From: an uncultured Eubacteriales bacterium
GTDB lineage: Bacteria; Actinomycetota; Coriobacteriia; Anaerosomatales; PHET01
NCBI GenBank assembly: GCA_964492775.1
Contig: CAZBLH010000002.1
Span: forward strand, 62,615 to 126,614
Direction: 5' to 3'
Length of the DNA stretch: 64,000 bases
The stretch's first letter is position 1. Every line of letters begins with the position of its first letter. Below are positions 33,778 to 43,669 of this stretch, in pieces. The notes beneath the pieces were generated by a model. That model saw nothing but the letters and a program-made list of their open reading frames with translations. It had not been told where the DNA came from and made no database searches. A program made the position numbers and the translations under genes.

Positions 33778-35103
33778 ATGTCCGCTGACGAGACGTATTC
33801 CGATTCCGAGAACCGCGCCGACACCCGCGCCGAGACGGCCGCCGAGCGACCCACGGTCGCACCGGCGCCTCCTGCCATCCCGCCCGGGCCGCTGCCGGCC
33901 TGCGCCGGCGATGACGAGGTGCCGTGTGTGGAGCCAGTACCGGCAGCGAGTCGACCTTCGGGTGGCGCACTGGTTCTCTCGGCAGCCTTGGGCGCCATCG
34001 TCGGGGGTCTGCTCATCACCGTACTTGCGGCGTGGGCGTTCGGGCTCGTCCCAGGCACGAGCCCGCTCATCAAGCTGCCGTCATCCGGCAGGATTGAGAC
34101 CCCACGACCGACCGAGACGGTCATCAACATCGAGGGTGGCGACGTCAATGCGGTGGCTCAGACCGTTGCCGAGAAGGTCGTGCCGTCGGTGGTAAGCATC
34201 ACCGTCGCGCAGCGCGGCGTCGACCCGTGGACTGGTCAGGAGTTCACGCAGGAGTCCGGTAGCGGCTCGGGCGTGATCATCCGCGAGGACGGCTACATCA
34301 TCACCAACAACCACGTCATCGACGGGGCCGATCGCCTAATCGTCACGGTTGGCGTCGAGGACAAGGAAGCCAAGATCGTGGGCACCGACCCCTCCACCGA
34401 CCTGGCGGTCATCAAGATCGAGGGCTCGGGCTATCCCGCGATTGGCGTCGGGTCCTCAACCGACCTGGTCGTCGGCCAGTGGGTCATGGCCGTGGGAAGC
34501 CCCTTCGGTTTCGAGCGGACGGTGACCGTCGGGGTAGTTTCGGCGCTCAACCGCAGTGAGCTCATGCAGTCCGGCAACGACCTGACCACCTACACGAACC
34601 TCATCCAGACTGACGCCGCCATCAATCCGGGCAACTCCGGTGGGGCGCTCGTGAACGAGGAAGGCAAGCTGGTCGGCATCAACTCGCTGATTCAATCGCC
34701 GTCGGGACAGGTGGGCGCGGCCCAGTCCTCGGGCGTCGGGTTCGCCATACCTGCGGACTTCGCCCTGAGCGTTGCCGAGCAACTGATCGAGACGGGTAGG
34801 GCAACGCACCCGATCATGGGCGTGAGCACCGAGACGGTGAACGAGACCATCGCCGCCGAGTTCGACCTTCCGGTCCGCCGAGGTGCCCTCGTGCGACTCG
34901 TGCAGTCGGGTTCGCCTGCCGAGGCCGCGGGTATCGAGCGCGGCGACATCATCGTGCGCATCGAGGATCGCGAGATCTCGGGTGTCGAAGACGTCTTTGC
35001 GGTCACGCGCTCGCACAAGGTAGGGGACACGATCACGGTGGAGGTCGTGCGGGATGGCGAGCGCAGGACCTTCGACGTCACGCTCGCGTCTGATACCCAG
35101 TGA
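33778..35103 (+). CDS. htrA: HtrA/DegP-family serine protease with a PDZ domain, membrane-anchored
   Basis: This lies in ORF 33721..35103, and I prefer the ATG at 33778. It has a TM helix (ALVLSAALGAIVGGLLITVLAAW), the catalytic triad contexts TNNHVI, DLAVIKI and GNSGGAL, and a PDZ region (GALVRLVQSGSPAEAAGIERGDIIV). Confidence 0.85.
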   Translation: MSADETYSDSENRADTRAETAAERPTVAPAPPAIPPGPLPACAGDDEVPCVEPVPAASRPSGGALVLSAALGAIVGGLLITVLAAWAFGLVPGTSPLIKLPSSGRIETPRPTETVINIEGGDVNAVAQTVAEKVVPSVVSITVAQRGVDPWTGQEFTQESGSGSGVIIREDGYIITNNHVIDGADRLIVTVGVEDKEAKIVGTDPSTDLAVIKIEGSGYPAIGVGSSTDLVVGQWVMAVGSPFGFERTVTVGVVSALNRSELMQSGNDLTTYTNLIQTDAAINPGNSGGALVNEEGKLVGINSLIQSPSGQVGAAQSSGVGFAIPADFALSVAEQLIETGRATHPIMGVSTETVNETIAAEFDLPVRRGALVRLVQSGSPAEAAGIERGDIIVRIEDREISGVEDVFAVTRSHKVGDTITVEVVRDGERRTFDVTLASDTQ

Positions 35104-35567
35104 GGATCACGGTCATTTCGGTCGGCCGACTCAAGGAGCGTTTCTGGCGCGAGGCGGCCGATGAGTACCTGAAGCGCCTCAGCCGCTATGCCGACGTGCG
35201 CGAGGTCGAGGTCGCCGATCGCGATCCGTCCCGTATCGGCGTCGAGCGCACACTTGTCGAGGAGGCGGCCGATGTCCTGCGTGCGATCCCCGAGGGAGCT
35301 CACGTCGTCGCGCTCGACCTCGGCGGCAAGGCTGTCTCAAGTGAGCAGTTCGCCGAGAAGATCGAAAGGCTGGCGACGGAGGGTCGTAGCAGAGTGGCGT
35401 TCATCATCGGTGGATCGCACGGCCTTGCTCCCGAGGTCATCGCGCGCTCTGACGAGCGGCTTTCGCTCGGTCCGATGACGTTGCCGCACAACCTCGCCCG
35501 AATCGTGCTGCTGGAGCAGGTGTACCGCTCCTACAAGATTCGCCGAGGCGAGCCGTACCACAAGTGA
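35100..35567 (+). CDS. rlmH: 23S rRNA (pseudouridine1915-N3)-methyltransferase RlmH
   Basis: It is a 155-aa SPOUT protein with EYLKRL, FIIGGSHGL and RIVLLEQVYRSYKI. Confidence 0.85.
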   Translation: MRITVISVGRLKERFWREAADEYLKRLSRYADVREVEVADRDPSRIGVERTLVEEAADVLRAIPEGAHVVALDLGGKAVSSEQFAEKIERLATEGRSRVAFIIGGSHGLAPEVIARSDERLSLGPMTLPHNLARIVLLEQVYRSYKIRRGEPYHK

Positions 35568-35599
35568 AAAGGTCCGGGGTGTTCGCACCCCGGACCTTT
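35568..35599. terminator. Bidirectional stem-loop terminator between convergent rlmH and the trxB-like gene
   Basis: A perfect 14-bp stem, AAAGGTCCGGGGTG-ttcg-CACCCCGGACCTTT, with A/T runs on both flanks. Confidence 0.7.
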
Positions 35600-35626
35600 G
35601 GTTCACTCCTGTGCAGGCATCGTCGC

Positions 35627-36556
35627 CTAGCGGCGCCTCAGGTCGCGGGCTGCGGCCATCGCTGCGCGAGCGCCCTGGCCTACAGCCGTAACGATCTGCT
35701 TGCCGTACTCGTCGGTGACGTCGCCGGCGGCGTACACACCCGGGGCTGAGGTCGCGCCGGACTTGTCGACGATGATCTCGCCGTGCTCGTTCAGGTCGAC
35801 CAGGCCGAGAGCGAACTCCTCGGCGGAGATGGAGCCGGCCTCGATGAAGACGCCGCGAACGCGGATGTCGAGTTCGGTGCCGCCCACCTCGACCTTGAGG
35901 TTTCGTACGCGCTCGTCGCCCTCGATAGCGATGGGCTTGGTGTTCTGCCACAGCTCGATGTAGGGGTGGACCTTGACCTTGTTGATGAGAGCCTCGGGAC
36001 CCTCGAGCTCGCCCTCGAGGACGAGAATCACCTTGATGTCGAGCGAGGCGATCTGCAGGGCGGCGTCTGCGGCGGACTCCGCGGCGCCCACCACGGCGAC
36101 GGTCTTGTCGGCGAAGAGTGCCGCATCGCAGGTCGCGCAGTAGGAGACGCCGCGCCCTACGAGCTCCTTCTCGCCCGGGATAGCGAGTCGCTTCGGGGCC
36201 TTGCCGGTCGCGATGATGACGGACTTGCCGTGGATCGTCAGACCCTCACGGGTGAAGACGTCATACCCATCGCCTTCAGGGTAGATGGAGTTCACGAGCT
36301 GGTCCTTGAGGACCTTCACGCCAAAACGGCGGATGTGGTCCTTGAAGTGGTTAACCAGCTCGGTGCCGCTGACGGGCTCCCAGCCCATGAAGTTCTCGAC
36401 GCGGTGAGCGGCACGCATCTGTCCGCCGATGAAGCCGGCGACGACCGCAGTGGAGAGTCCTGAACGGGCCGCATACATCCCGGCGGTCAGGCCTGCAGGG
36501 CCGCCGCCGATGACTACCACGTCGAAGTTGCCGGCGTGTCCTTTGATCTCGCTCAT
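35627..36556 (-). CDS. Thioredoxin-reductase-like flavoprotein lacking the canonical NADPH-binding motifs
   Basis: This lies in ORF 35627..36610, and the ATG at 36556 follows AAAGGA. FAD motifs are VVVIGGGPAGLTAG and the C-terminal GVYAAGDV. The redox-active CATC (GVSYCATCDAALF) is present. Where TrxB has GGGNSA and HRRxxxR, this protein reads VGAAESA and LVLEGELEG. Confidence 0.7.
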   Translation of the reverse strand: MSEIKGHAGNFDVVVIGGGPAGLTAGMYAARSGLSTAVVAGFIGGQMRAAHRVENFMGWEPVSGTELVNHFKDHIRRFGVKVLKDQLVNSIYPEGDGYDVFTREGLTIHGKSVIIATGKAPKRLAIPGEKELVGRGVSYCATCDAALFADKTVAVVGAAESAADAALQIASLDIKVILVLEGELEGPEALINKVKVHPYIELWQNTKPIAIEGDERVRNLKVEVGGTELDIRVRGVFIEAGSISAEEFALGLVDLNEHGEIIVDKSGATSAPGVYAAGDVTDEYGKQIVTAVGQGARAAMAAARDLRRR

Positions 36557-36721
36557 TCGAAGTCCTTTCACTCGGGTTCCCGGCGTTAGGTCCGCCCGAC
36601 ATTCTTCCATATCACGGCGTCAGCTTCACATGTTGCCGTGACGTCGATTGCGTGCCACCGTTGTGACACCCATCTCGGGCATGCTTAGAGGCGACCGACC
36701 GTCCTCGACGAAAGGGACGCC

Positions 36722-37960
36722 ATGACCGCAAGACGTCTGTTCGCGATCGGCGTGATTCTCGTACTGGCCTCCGTCGCCTGGGTCGCCCTGGGCGGTTCCG
36801 TCGAGTTCCGCACCGGTGACCGCACCGCCTACCTTGCTGATGAGGTCACCGGACTTTGGGGGGGACCGCAGGTGCAGTCCGTCCCGAATTTCACGGCGGA
36901 GGGTGGTGTTACGCCGGAGCTCGCCGGCAGCGAAATCCGCGCGGACTTCGAACTCGACCAGAGGCGCAAGGGGCTTCTGTGGTACGCGACATACGTCGTG
37001 GACTTCGACGCGACCTACCAGGTGAAGAACCCGGCGACCAAGGACGCCAAGACCACGATGGTGTTCATGTTCCCGGATGCTCAAGGGATCTACGATGGCT
37101 TCTCGGTGAAGGTCGATGGCCGAGATATCCCGGTGAGCTATCGGGGAGGCAACGCGGTTGCCTCGTTCGAGATTGCGCCTGGCGCGACGTCCGCTGTCTC
37201 GACCGGATACACGACCAACGGGCTCGACTTCTGGACCTACCAACCCAGCCCTGCAGGCGTGGGCATCATAGAGAACTTCAGGCTCACGATGAACACCGAC
37301 TTTGCTGAGGTGGACTACCCCGACGACGGCGTCTCGCCTACGTCACGGGAGCGCACCGATGACGGCTGGCAGCTAGTGTGGGACTACGACAGCGTAGTGA
37401 GTGGCCGACCCATCGGTCTGGTCATGCCCTCCCCGGCCAATCCGGGTCCTCTCGTCTCGCGAATCACCTTCTTCGCACCCATATCGCTGCTGTTCTTCTT
37501 CGCCGCACTCGTGCTGTTGACCACCACGAGTGACGTGAAGCTCCACCCGGTGCACTACGGGTTCCTCGCGGCGGCGTTCTTCGCATTTCATCTGCTACTT
37601 GCCTATCTCGCCGATCAGATCGACCTGAATGCGGCGTTCGCGATCGCTTCGGTCGCCTCGGTGCTGCTCGTGCTGGGGTACCTGCGGGTAGTGGTCGGTG
37701 CTAACCGGGCGCTGCTGGAGATCGCTCTGAGCCAGTTCGTGTTCCTCGTGCTGTTCAGTTACAGCTTCTTCTTCGAGGGGTTCACCGGTCTGGCGATCAC
37801 GATCGGCTCGGTCCTCACTCTGGCCTTCTTCATGGTGAAGACTGCGCGGGTGGATTGGGACAAGGTGTTCGAGCGTACCCCGCGTCCTCGGCTGATGAAC
37901 CCGGCGGTGCCGCCGGCTCCCCCCGCGACGGAGTCGGCTTCTCCCAGCGAGCCCGCTTAG
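36722..37960 (+). CDS. CreD-family inner-membrane protein
   Basis: It has an N-terminal TM helix, a ~230-aa extracytoplasmic domain and 5 C-terminal TM helices. The segment LHPVHYGFLAAAFFAFHLLLAYLADQIDLNAAFAIASVASVLLVLGYL parallels the E. coli CreD segment IHPMQYLLVGLSL..LLLALSEH.GF..AWIIAS, which I am quoting from memory. Confidence 0.55.
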   Translation: MTARRLFAIGVILVLASVAWVALGGSVEFRTGDRTAYLADEVTGLWGGPQVQSVPNFTAEGGVTPELAGSEIRADFELDQRRKGLLWYATYVVDFDATYQVKNPATKDAKTTMVFMFPDAQGIYDGFSVKVDGRDIPVSYRGGNAVASFEIAPGATSAVSTGYTTNGLDFWTYQPSPAGVGIIENFRLTMNTDFAEVDYPDDGVSPTSRERTDDGWQLVWDYDSVVSGRPIGLVMPSPANPGPLVSRITFFAPISLLFFFAALVLLTTTSDVKLHPVHYGFLAAAFFAFHLLLAYLADQIDLNAAFAIASVASVLLVLGYLRVVVGANRALLEIALSQFVFLVLFSYSFFFEGFTGLAITIGSVLTLAFFMVKTARVDWDKVFERTPRPRLMNPAVPPAPPATESASPSEPA

Positions 37961-38089
37961 AGGTTCGCAAGGACGCACGAGTTCTGCGAGACCCATGCAC
38001 GCCGTCGGCGGTACGCCACCAGCCGCCGATGGCATGCATGGTGTATCCTTGCAGGTCACACAGTTGCGTCTTCGGGAGGCAGTGCACCC

Positions 38090-39805
38090 TTGAGAGAGAC
38101 CGTCACTCAGCTTGTCAGCGAGGCCATCTCCGGCGCGATCGCCGACGGGGCGATATCGCTAGCCTGTACGCCTCCGGTCGAGATCGAGCGCCCTCGCGAT
38201 CACTCCCACGGGGATTGGGCGACCTCGGTTGCACTGCGCTGCTCGAAAGAGGCGGGCATGCCCCCTCGAGACATCGCCGCACTGATCGCCGAACGCATCG
38301 CTGGCCACGCGGACATCGCGTCGGTTGAGGTCGCAGGCCCCGGCTTCATAAACCTGAAGCTATCCGCTTCGGCACTCCAGCGCGTGCTCCGGGACGCGCG
38401 CGAGGCCGATGCCGATTACGCACGCTCCAGCGCCGGCGGCGGTCGCAGTGTGCAGGTCGAGTTCGTCTCGGCGAACCCCGTCGGCCCGATGCACGTCGGG
38501 CACGGCAGGTGGGCAGCGCTCGGCGATTCGATCGCGCGGGTGCTGGAGCACGCAGGGTGGCGCGTCGAGCGCGAGTTCTACATTAACGATGCCGGCGTGC
38601 AGATGGACACATTCGGAGCGTCGGTGGCAGCGCGCTACCTCGAACTTCTGAGCCGCGATGTCGAGTTCCCCGAGGACGGGTACCGCGGCGCGTACATCGC
38701 CGAGATCGCCGCCGAGGTGCTGGCGGCCGAAGGCGCTGGGCTGGCCGAGCTGCCGCTCGATGAGCTCCGGGTGCGCTGTCGTGAGATCGGGTACGCGCTC
38801 GTGCTCGAGAATCACCTCAAGCGGGTGCTGCATGAGATGGGCGTCGACTTCGACGTCTGGTTCTCGGAGCGCACGCTGCACGCTCGGCGCGAAGACGGCC
38901 GGACTGAAATCGAGGACGCGATCGAACGCCTTACCGAGCGGGGCCACATCTTCGAGCTCGACGGAGCGCTCTGGTTCCGTTCGACCGCGTTCGGCGATGA
39001 CAAAGACCGCGTGCTGCGCAAGTCTGACGGCGAGTACACGTACTTCGCCGCCGATATCGCGTATCACTGGGACAAGTTCGACGTTCGAGGCTTCGACCGC
39101 GTCATCAACATCTGGGGCGCGGACCACCACGGCTACGTCGCCCGCATGAAGGCGGCCGTCGCCGCTCTCGGCCACGAGGGCAGGCTCGATGTGGTGATCG
39201 GGCAGCTCGTGAACCTCTACCGCAACGGTGAGGCTGTTCGCATGTCCAAGCGCACGGGCGAGATGGTCACTTTCGAGGAGCTGCTCGGCGAGGTGGGCGC
39301 GGATGCGGCCCGCTACTGGTTCCTCCGCCGAAGCACCGACCAGCAGGTCGACTTCGACATCGAGATCGCCCGGCAGAGCAGTGCCGATAACCCCGTGTAC
39401 TACGTGCAGTACGCGCATGCGCGCATCTGCTCGATCCTGCGCAAGGCTGCTGCCGAGACCGGCGTAGAGGCTGATGTCGCCGTGGATGAGATCGCCCCGC
39501 AGCTCGTGGACGGCTCGGCTGACCTCTCGCCGCTTGTCACCGATGAGGAGTTCGCGCTGATGCGCCGCATCGGCGAGCTCGCCGACGTCGTCGAGATTGC
39601 CGCGCGAGACCTTGCGCCGCACCGGCTCGCGCACTACGCCGAAGATCTCGCCGCGAGCTTCCACCAGTTCTACACACGCTGCCGTGTCGTTGATCCGGCC
39701 GAGCCCGAGCTCACCGCGGCTCGGCTGTACGCGGTGGACGCGACCCGCAGAGTGTTGCGCTGCGTGCTCAGGCTTCTCGGCGTGAGCGCGCCGGAGCGCA
39801 TGTAA
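38090..39805 (+). CDS. argS: Arginine--tRNA ligase
   Basis: Motifs are SANPVGPMHVGHGR (HIGH-like), MSKRTG (KMSKS-like) and the C-terminal anticodon-binding region DNPVYYVQYAHARI. Confidence 0.9.
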   Translation: MRETVTQLVSEAISGAIADGAISLACTPPVEIERPRDHSHGDWATSVALRCSKEAGMPPRDIAALIAERIAGHADIASVEVAGPGFINLKLSASALQRVLRDAREADADYARSSAGGGRSVQVEFVSANPVGPMHVGHGRWAALGDSIARVLEHAGWRVEREFYINDAGVQMDTFGASVAARYLELLSRDVEFPEDGYRGAYIAEIAAEVLAAEGAGLAELPLDELRVRCREIGYALVLENHLKRVLHEMGVDFDVWFSERTLHARREDGRTEIEDAIERLTERGHIFELDGALWFRSTAFGDDKDRVLRKSDGEYTYFAADIAYHWDKFDVRGFDRVINIWGADHHGYVARMKAAVAALGHEGRLDVVIGQLVNLYRNGEAVRMSKRTGEMVTFEELLGEVGADAARYWFLRRSTDQQVDFDIEIARQSSADNPVYYVQYAHARICSILRKAAAETGVEADVAVDEIAPQLVDGSADLSPLVTDEEFALMRRIGELADVVEIAARDLAPHRLAHYAEDLAASFHQFYTRCRVVDPAEPELTAARLYAVDATRRVLRCVLRLLGVSAPERM

Positions 39806-39872
39806 GGACCGCGATGACGCGGGCCGCTCGCCCGCAGCCACGCACGCACGCCGCCGAGGACCAGGAGATACC

Positions 39873-41234
39873 ATGGCAAGGCCCGCAGCCCCCCGAGGAC
39901 CCGTCGATCCCGATCTGAGGACCGGGCACGATCTCATGAGCGTGTTACCGATCACCGCCGAGGTGCGCGATGGGCACCTATGGGTTGGCGGCGTCGACCT
40001 GGTCGAGCTCGCCCGCGAGGCGGGCACGGCCCTGTACGTGATGGATGAGGCCACCATCCGCACGCAACTTCGCGACTACGTGCGATGGACGACGTACCAC
40101 TGGCGCGACGTTGATGTTGTCTACGCCGGCAAGGCGTTCATGAGCATCGCGATGCTCAAGATCGTCGCCGAGGAAGGCTGCTGCCTCGATGTCTCGAGCG
40201 GGGGAGAACTCGCCTTCGCGCGGGCAGCAGGCTTCCCGATGAATCGCATCTACGTTCACGGCAACAACAAGACGCCGAGCGAACTCGCCGAGTGTCTGGA
40301 TGCGGGCGTCGGTCGCATCGTTGTCGACAGCTTCGAGGAGATGGAGCGCCTCTCGGCGATGGCCGTCGAGAGGGGCGTCACCCAGAGCGTGCTGATCCGT
40401 GTCACGCCCGGCGTCGAGGCGGATACGCACGACTTCATCATGACCGGTGCCGAGGACTCGAAGTTCGGTTTCGGGCTGAACCAGGGACTCGCGATGCGCG
40501 CGATCAGGCGCGCGATCGAGCTTCCTGGTCTCGACTTCGAGGGTCTGCACATGCACATCGGGTCGCAGATCTTTGCCCTGCAGTCGTTCGCGAAGGCCAT
40601 CGAGGTCATGGTCGCTTTCATGCGCGAGATCGAGTCTGAGACCGGCGTTGCTGTGCGGCTGCTCGACACGGGCGGCGGACTCGGCATCAAGTACGGCCTC
40701 CCCGACGAGCCCTCGACCATCGAGGAATACGGGAAGGTCGTCGTAGACGGCATCAAGGACGAGTGCGAGAAGCACGGGCTTGCCGTGCCGAGAATGGCCG
40801 TCGAGCCCGGCCGGTCGATCGTCGCCAATGCGGGAGTGACGCTGTACACCGTTGGCTCGATCAAGGAGATCCCAGGGATTCGCACCTACGTGGCGGTCGA
40901 TGGTGGGATGTCCGACAACATCCGGACCTCGCTCTATGACGCCCACTACGAAGCGCTTATCGCCAACAAGGCGGACCGTCCGCGCGAGATGGTCGCCACG
41001 GTTGCCGGCAAACACTGCGAGAGCGGGGACATCGTCGTGCGCGACGCCCCGCTGCAGAGCCCTGAGGTCGGCGACGTGATGTGCGTCTGCGCAACGGGCG
41101 CGTACTGCCAGTCGATGAGCAGCAACTATAACAAGCAGGTACGCCCCGGGGTCGTCTTCATCTCCGACGGCACGTGGCGATGGGTGGTCCGCAGGGAGAG
41201 CTACGAGGACCTGCTCCGCAACGAGCTCGGCTAG
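39873..41234 (+). CDS. lysA: Diaminopimelate decarboxylase
   Basis: An AGGAG RBS lies 6 nt upstream. Motifs are YAGKAF (PLP Lys), HMHIGSQI, GGGLGI, EPGRSIVA and CESGD. Confidence 0.9.
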   Translation: MARPAAPRGPVDPDLRTGHDLMSVLPITAEVRDGHLWVGGVDLVELAREAGTALYVMDEATIRTQLRDYVRWTTYHWRDVDVVYAGKAFMSIAMLKIVAEEGCCLDVSSGGELAFARAAGFPMNRIYVHGNNKTPSELAECLDAGVGRIVVDSFEEMERLSAMAVERGVTQSVLIRVTPGVEADTHDFIMTGAEDSKFGFGLNQGLAMRAIRRAIELPGLDFEGLHMHIGSQIFALQSFAKAIEVMVAFMREIESETGVAVRLLDTGGGLGIKYGLPDEPSTIEEYGKVVVDGIKDECEKHGLAVPRMAVEPGRSIVANAGVTLYTVGSIKEIPGIRTYVAVDGGMSDNIRTSLYDAHYEALIANKADRPREMVATVAGKHCESGDIVVRDAPLQSPEVGDVMCVCATGAYCQSMSSNYNKQVRPGVVFISDGTWRWVVRRESYEDLLRNELG

Positions 41235-41333
41235 GGTCGGGCCGTTCGGCTCTCGCAAGCGCTCGCGCTACAATGTGCCTGCAAGCCCGTGGCCTTTGTT
41301 GAGGTCACCCTACGGTCATCAGAGAGGTATCAA

Positions 41334-42620
41334 ATGCGCACCGTCAAAGTCGGCCTTATCGGCCTCGGTACCGTCGGTTCGGGTGTCGTAGAGATCATTC
41401 GCCGCCACCGTGAAGACTTCCGTTCGCGCGCCGGCGTCGACATCGAGCTCGTTCGCTTCGCCGACCGCAATACGGACCGCTTCACAGATCTAGGCTTGCC
41501 CGCCGAGGCGTGCACCACGGACGCGTTCGAGCTGCTGCGCGACCCCGAGGTCGATATCGTCATCGAGCTCATCGGAGGCACCGGGGTTGCACGCGAGGTC
41601 GTGCTTGCGGCGCTCGAAGGCGGCAAGAACGTCGTCACTGCGAACAAGGCGCTGTTGGCGAACCACGGGGAAGAGGTCATGCAGGCTGCCGAGAAACACG
41701 GCGTCGACCTCTATTTCGAGGCGAGCGTCGGCGGCGGCATCCCTATCATTGGGCCGCTCAAGCACTCTCTCACCAGCAATGAGATCGACACCGTCATGGG
41801 TATCGTCAACGGCACGACGAACTACATGCTCACCCGCATGGCCGAGGACGGGCTCGACTACGCGAGTGCGCTTGCCGAGGCGCAGGCAAAGGGCTTCGCT
41901 GAGGCGGATCCGACCGCGGATGTCGAGGGGCTGGATGCGGCGGCGAAGATCGCCATCCTGTCGTCAATCGCCTTCAACAGCCGCGTGGTGATGAGCCAAG
42001 TGCCGACCGAAGGCATCACCAACATCACGCCGACCGATATCGCCTACGCCCAGAAGATGGATTCGCAGATCAAGTTGCTGGCAATCGGAAGGCGCGTCGG
42101 CGAGCAGATCGACGTGCGCGTACACCCGACTATGATCCCGAACTCGCACCCGCTTGCGAGCGTTGCCGGCGTGTACAACGCTATCTACGTGATCGGCGAC
42201 TCGGTTGGCAAGACGATGTTCTTCGGCGAGGGTGCGGGCTCGCTGCCTGCCGCATCCGCCGTGGTCGGAGACGTGATCGAGGTCGCCCGCCGAGTGGGTG
42301 CCGGCTGCGTTCCGGCGGTCGGCTGCACGTGCACCGAAAGGCTCGAGGTGCGCGACATCACCGATCTGGAGACCCGCTACTACGTGCGGCTCTTCGTCGC
42401 CGACCGCCCCGGTGTGCTTGCGGCGACCGCGAAGGTCTTCGGCGACAACGGGGTCTCGCTGGCGAGCGTCATCCAGCAGGGGGCGGGCGAAGAGACCGCC
42501 GAGCTCGTCTACGTCACGCACACAGCGCGTGAGTCCGATGTCCGCCGAGCGCTCGAGGGTATTCGCGCACACGAGGCCGTTGCGCGCGTCGAGTCGGTCA
42601 TCCGCGTCGAGGACCTGTAG
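41334..42620 (+). CDS. hom: Homoserine dehydrogenase
   Basis: This lies in ORF 41289..42620, and I prefer the ATG at 41334. Motifs are KVGLIGLGTVGSGV, TANKALLA and GIVNGTTNYML, with a C-terminal ACT-like domain. Confidence 0.9.
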   Translation: MRTVKVGLIGLGTVGSGVVEIIRRHREDFRSRAGVDIELVRFADRNTDRFTDLGLPAEACTTDAFELLRDPEVDIVIELIGGTGVAREVVLAALEGGKNVVTANKALLANHGEEVMQAAEKHGVDLYFEASVGGGIPIIGPLKHSLTSNEIDTVMGIVNGTTNYMLTRMAEDGLDYASALAEAQAKGFAEADPTADVEGLDAAAKIAILSSIAFNSRVVMSQVPTEGITNITPTDIAYAQKMDSQIKLLAIGRRVGEQIDVRVHPTMIPNSHPLASVAGVYNAIYVIGDSVGKTMFFGEGAGSLPAASAVVGDVIEVARRVGAGCVPAVGCTCTERLEVRDITDLETRYYVRLFVADRPGVLAATAKVFGDNGVSLASVIQQGAGEETAELVYVTHTARESDVRRALEGIRAHEAVARVESVIRVEDL

Positions 42621-42623
42621 CGC

Positions 42624-43601
42624 GTGAGAGTCGCCGTAACCGTCCCCGCCACCTCGGCGAACCTGGGTCCGGGCTTCGACAGCTTCGGGCTAGCGCTCGC
42701 CATCCGCAACCGCCTCGAGGCTGAGCTCGCTGACGAGTGGAGCGTAGAGATCGTCGGGGAAGGCGCCGGACGGCTGCGCGCCGACGAAGGCAACGTTGCT
42801 GTTCGCGCCATGAAGTGTGCGTTCGCGGAGGCGGGCCGTCCCGGGCTGCGTGCCCGCATCCGCTGTGAGAATCGCATCCCTGTCGGCGGTGGGCTGGGCT
42901 CCTCATCCTCCGCGATCGTGGGCGGGCTACTTGTGGGCGAGGCGCTTGCCGAGGCCGACTTCGGCGCTCAGCGCAGACTGGAACTTGCCACCAAGCTCGA
43001 GGGGCATCCCGACAACACCGCCGCGGCGCTGAGTGGCGGCTTCACGATCTGCTGGCCTGTGGGCGGCACGGTGCGCGCGGAACGTTTCGAGCCGGTCGGC
43101 GGTTTAGCCGCGGTTGTCGTGCCCGCCAACGAGGCGCTCGCGACGAAGGCGGCGAGGGCCTTGCTTCCGCAGGCCGTGCCGCACGCTGATGCGGCATTCA
43201 ACGTCGCGCACGCTGGCCTTCTTGCTGCGGCGATCGTGACCGGCCGAGCCGAGCTGCTGGCGACAGCACTCGAGGACCGCCTGCACGAGTCCTACCGCGC
43301 TTCGGCCATCGCCGACCTCTCCGCCGTTCGCAATCTGCTCGCTGACGCGGGTGCCACAGGGGTCGCCCTCTCGGGCGCCGGCCCCACTGTGATCGGGCTG
43401 GTGGCGGCCGGGGACGATACCGCCGCGCTTGAGCTTGCCGAGAAGATCGCGGCCGACGCCGCCCACGCCGTCGCAAGGCTCGGAACGCGCCGCGAGCCGC
43501 TGGCGCTCGGCATCGCCCGCGAAGGTGCGCGTGTCGAGATCGACCGCGCGGGACAGACAGGTTGCGGCACCGGCGAGCCGGCTCGAGAAACCGGCCTGTA
43601 G
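42624..43601 (+). CDS. thrB: Homoserine kinase
   Basis: The GHMP kinase motif is PVGGGLGSSSSAIVGG, preceded by an N-terminal PATSANLGPGFD. Confidence 0.9.
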   Translation: MRVAVTVPATSANLGPGFDSFGLALAIRNRLEAELADEWSVEIVGEGAGRLRADEGNVAVRAMKCAFAEAGRPGLRARIRCENRIPVGGGLGSSSSAIVGGLLVGEALAEADFGAQRRLELATKLEGHPDNTAAALSGGFTICWPVGGTVRAERFEPVGGLAAVVVPANEALATKAARALLPQAVPHADAAFNVAHAGLLAAAIVTGRAELLATALEDRLHESYRASAIADLSAVRNLLADAGATGVALSGAGPTVIGLVAAGDDTAALELAEKIAADAAHAVARLGTRREPLALGIAREGARVEIDRAGQTGCGTGEPARETGL

Positions 43602-43669
43602 GCGGACAATCCCGGGTGGCACGCCGGCGCATGCGTGGGCCGGCAGAACGCGAGCACGGAGGCACGGTT

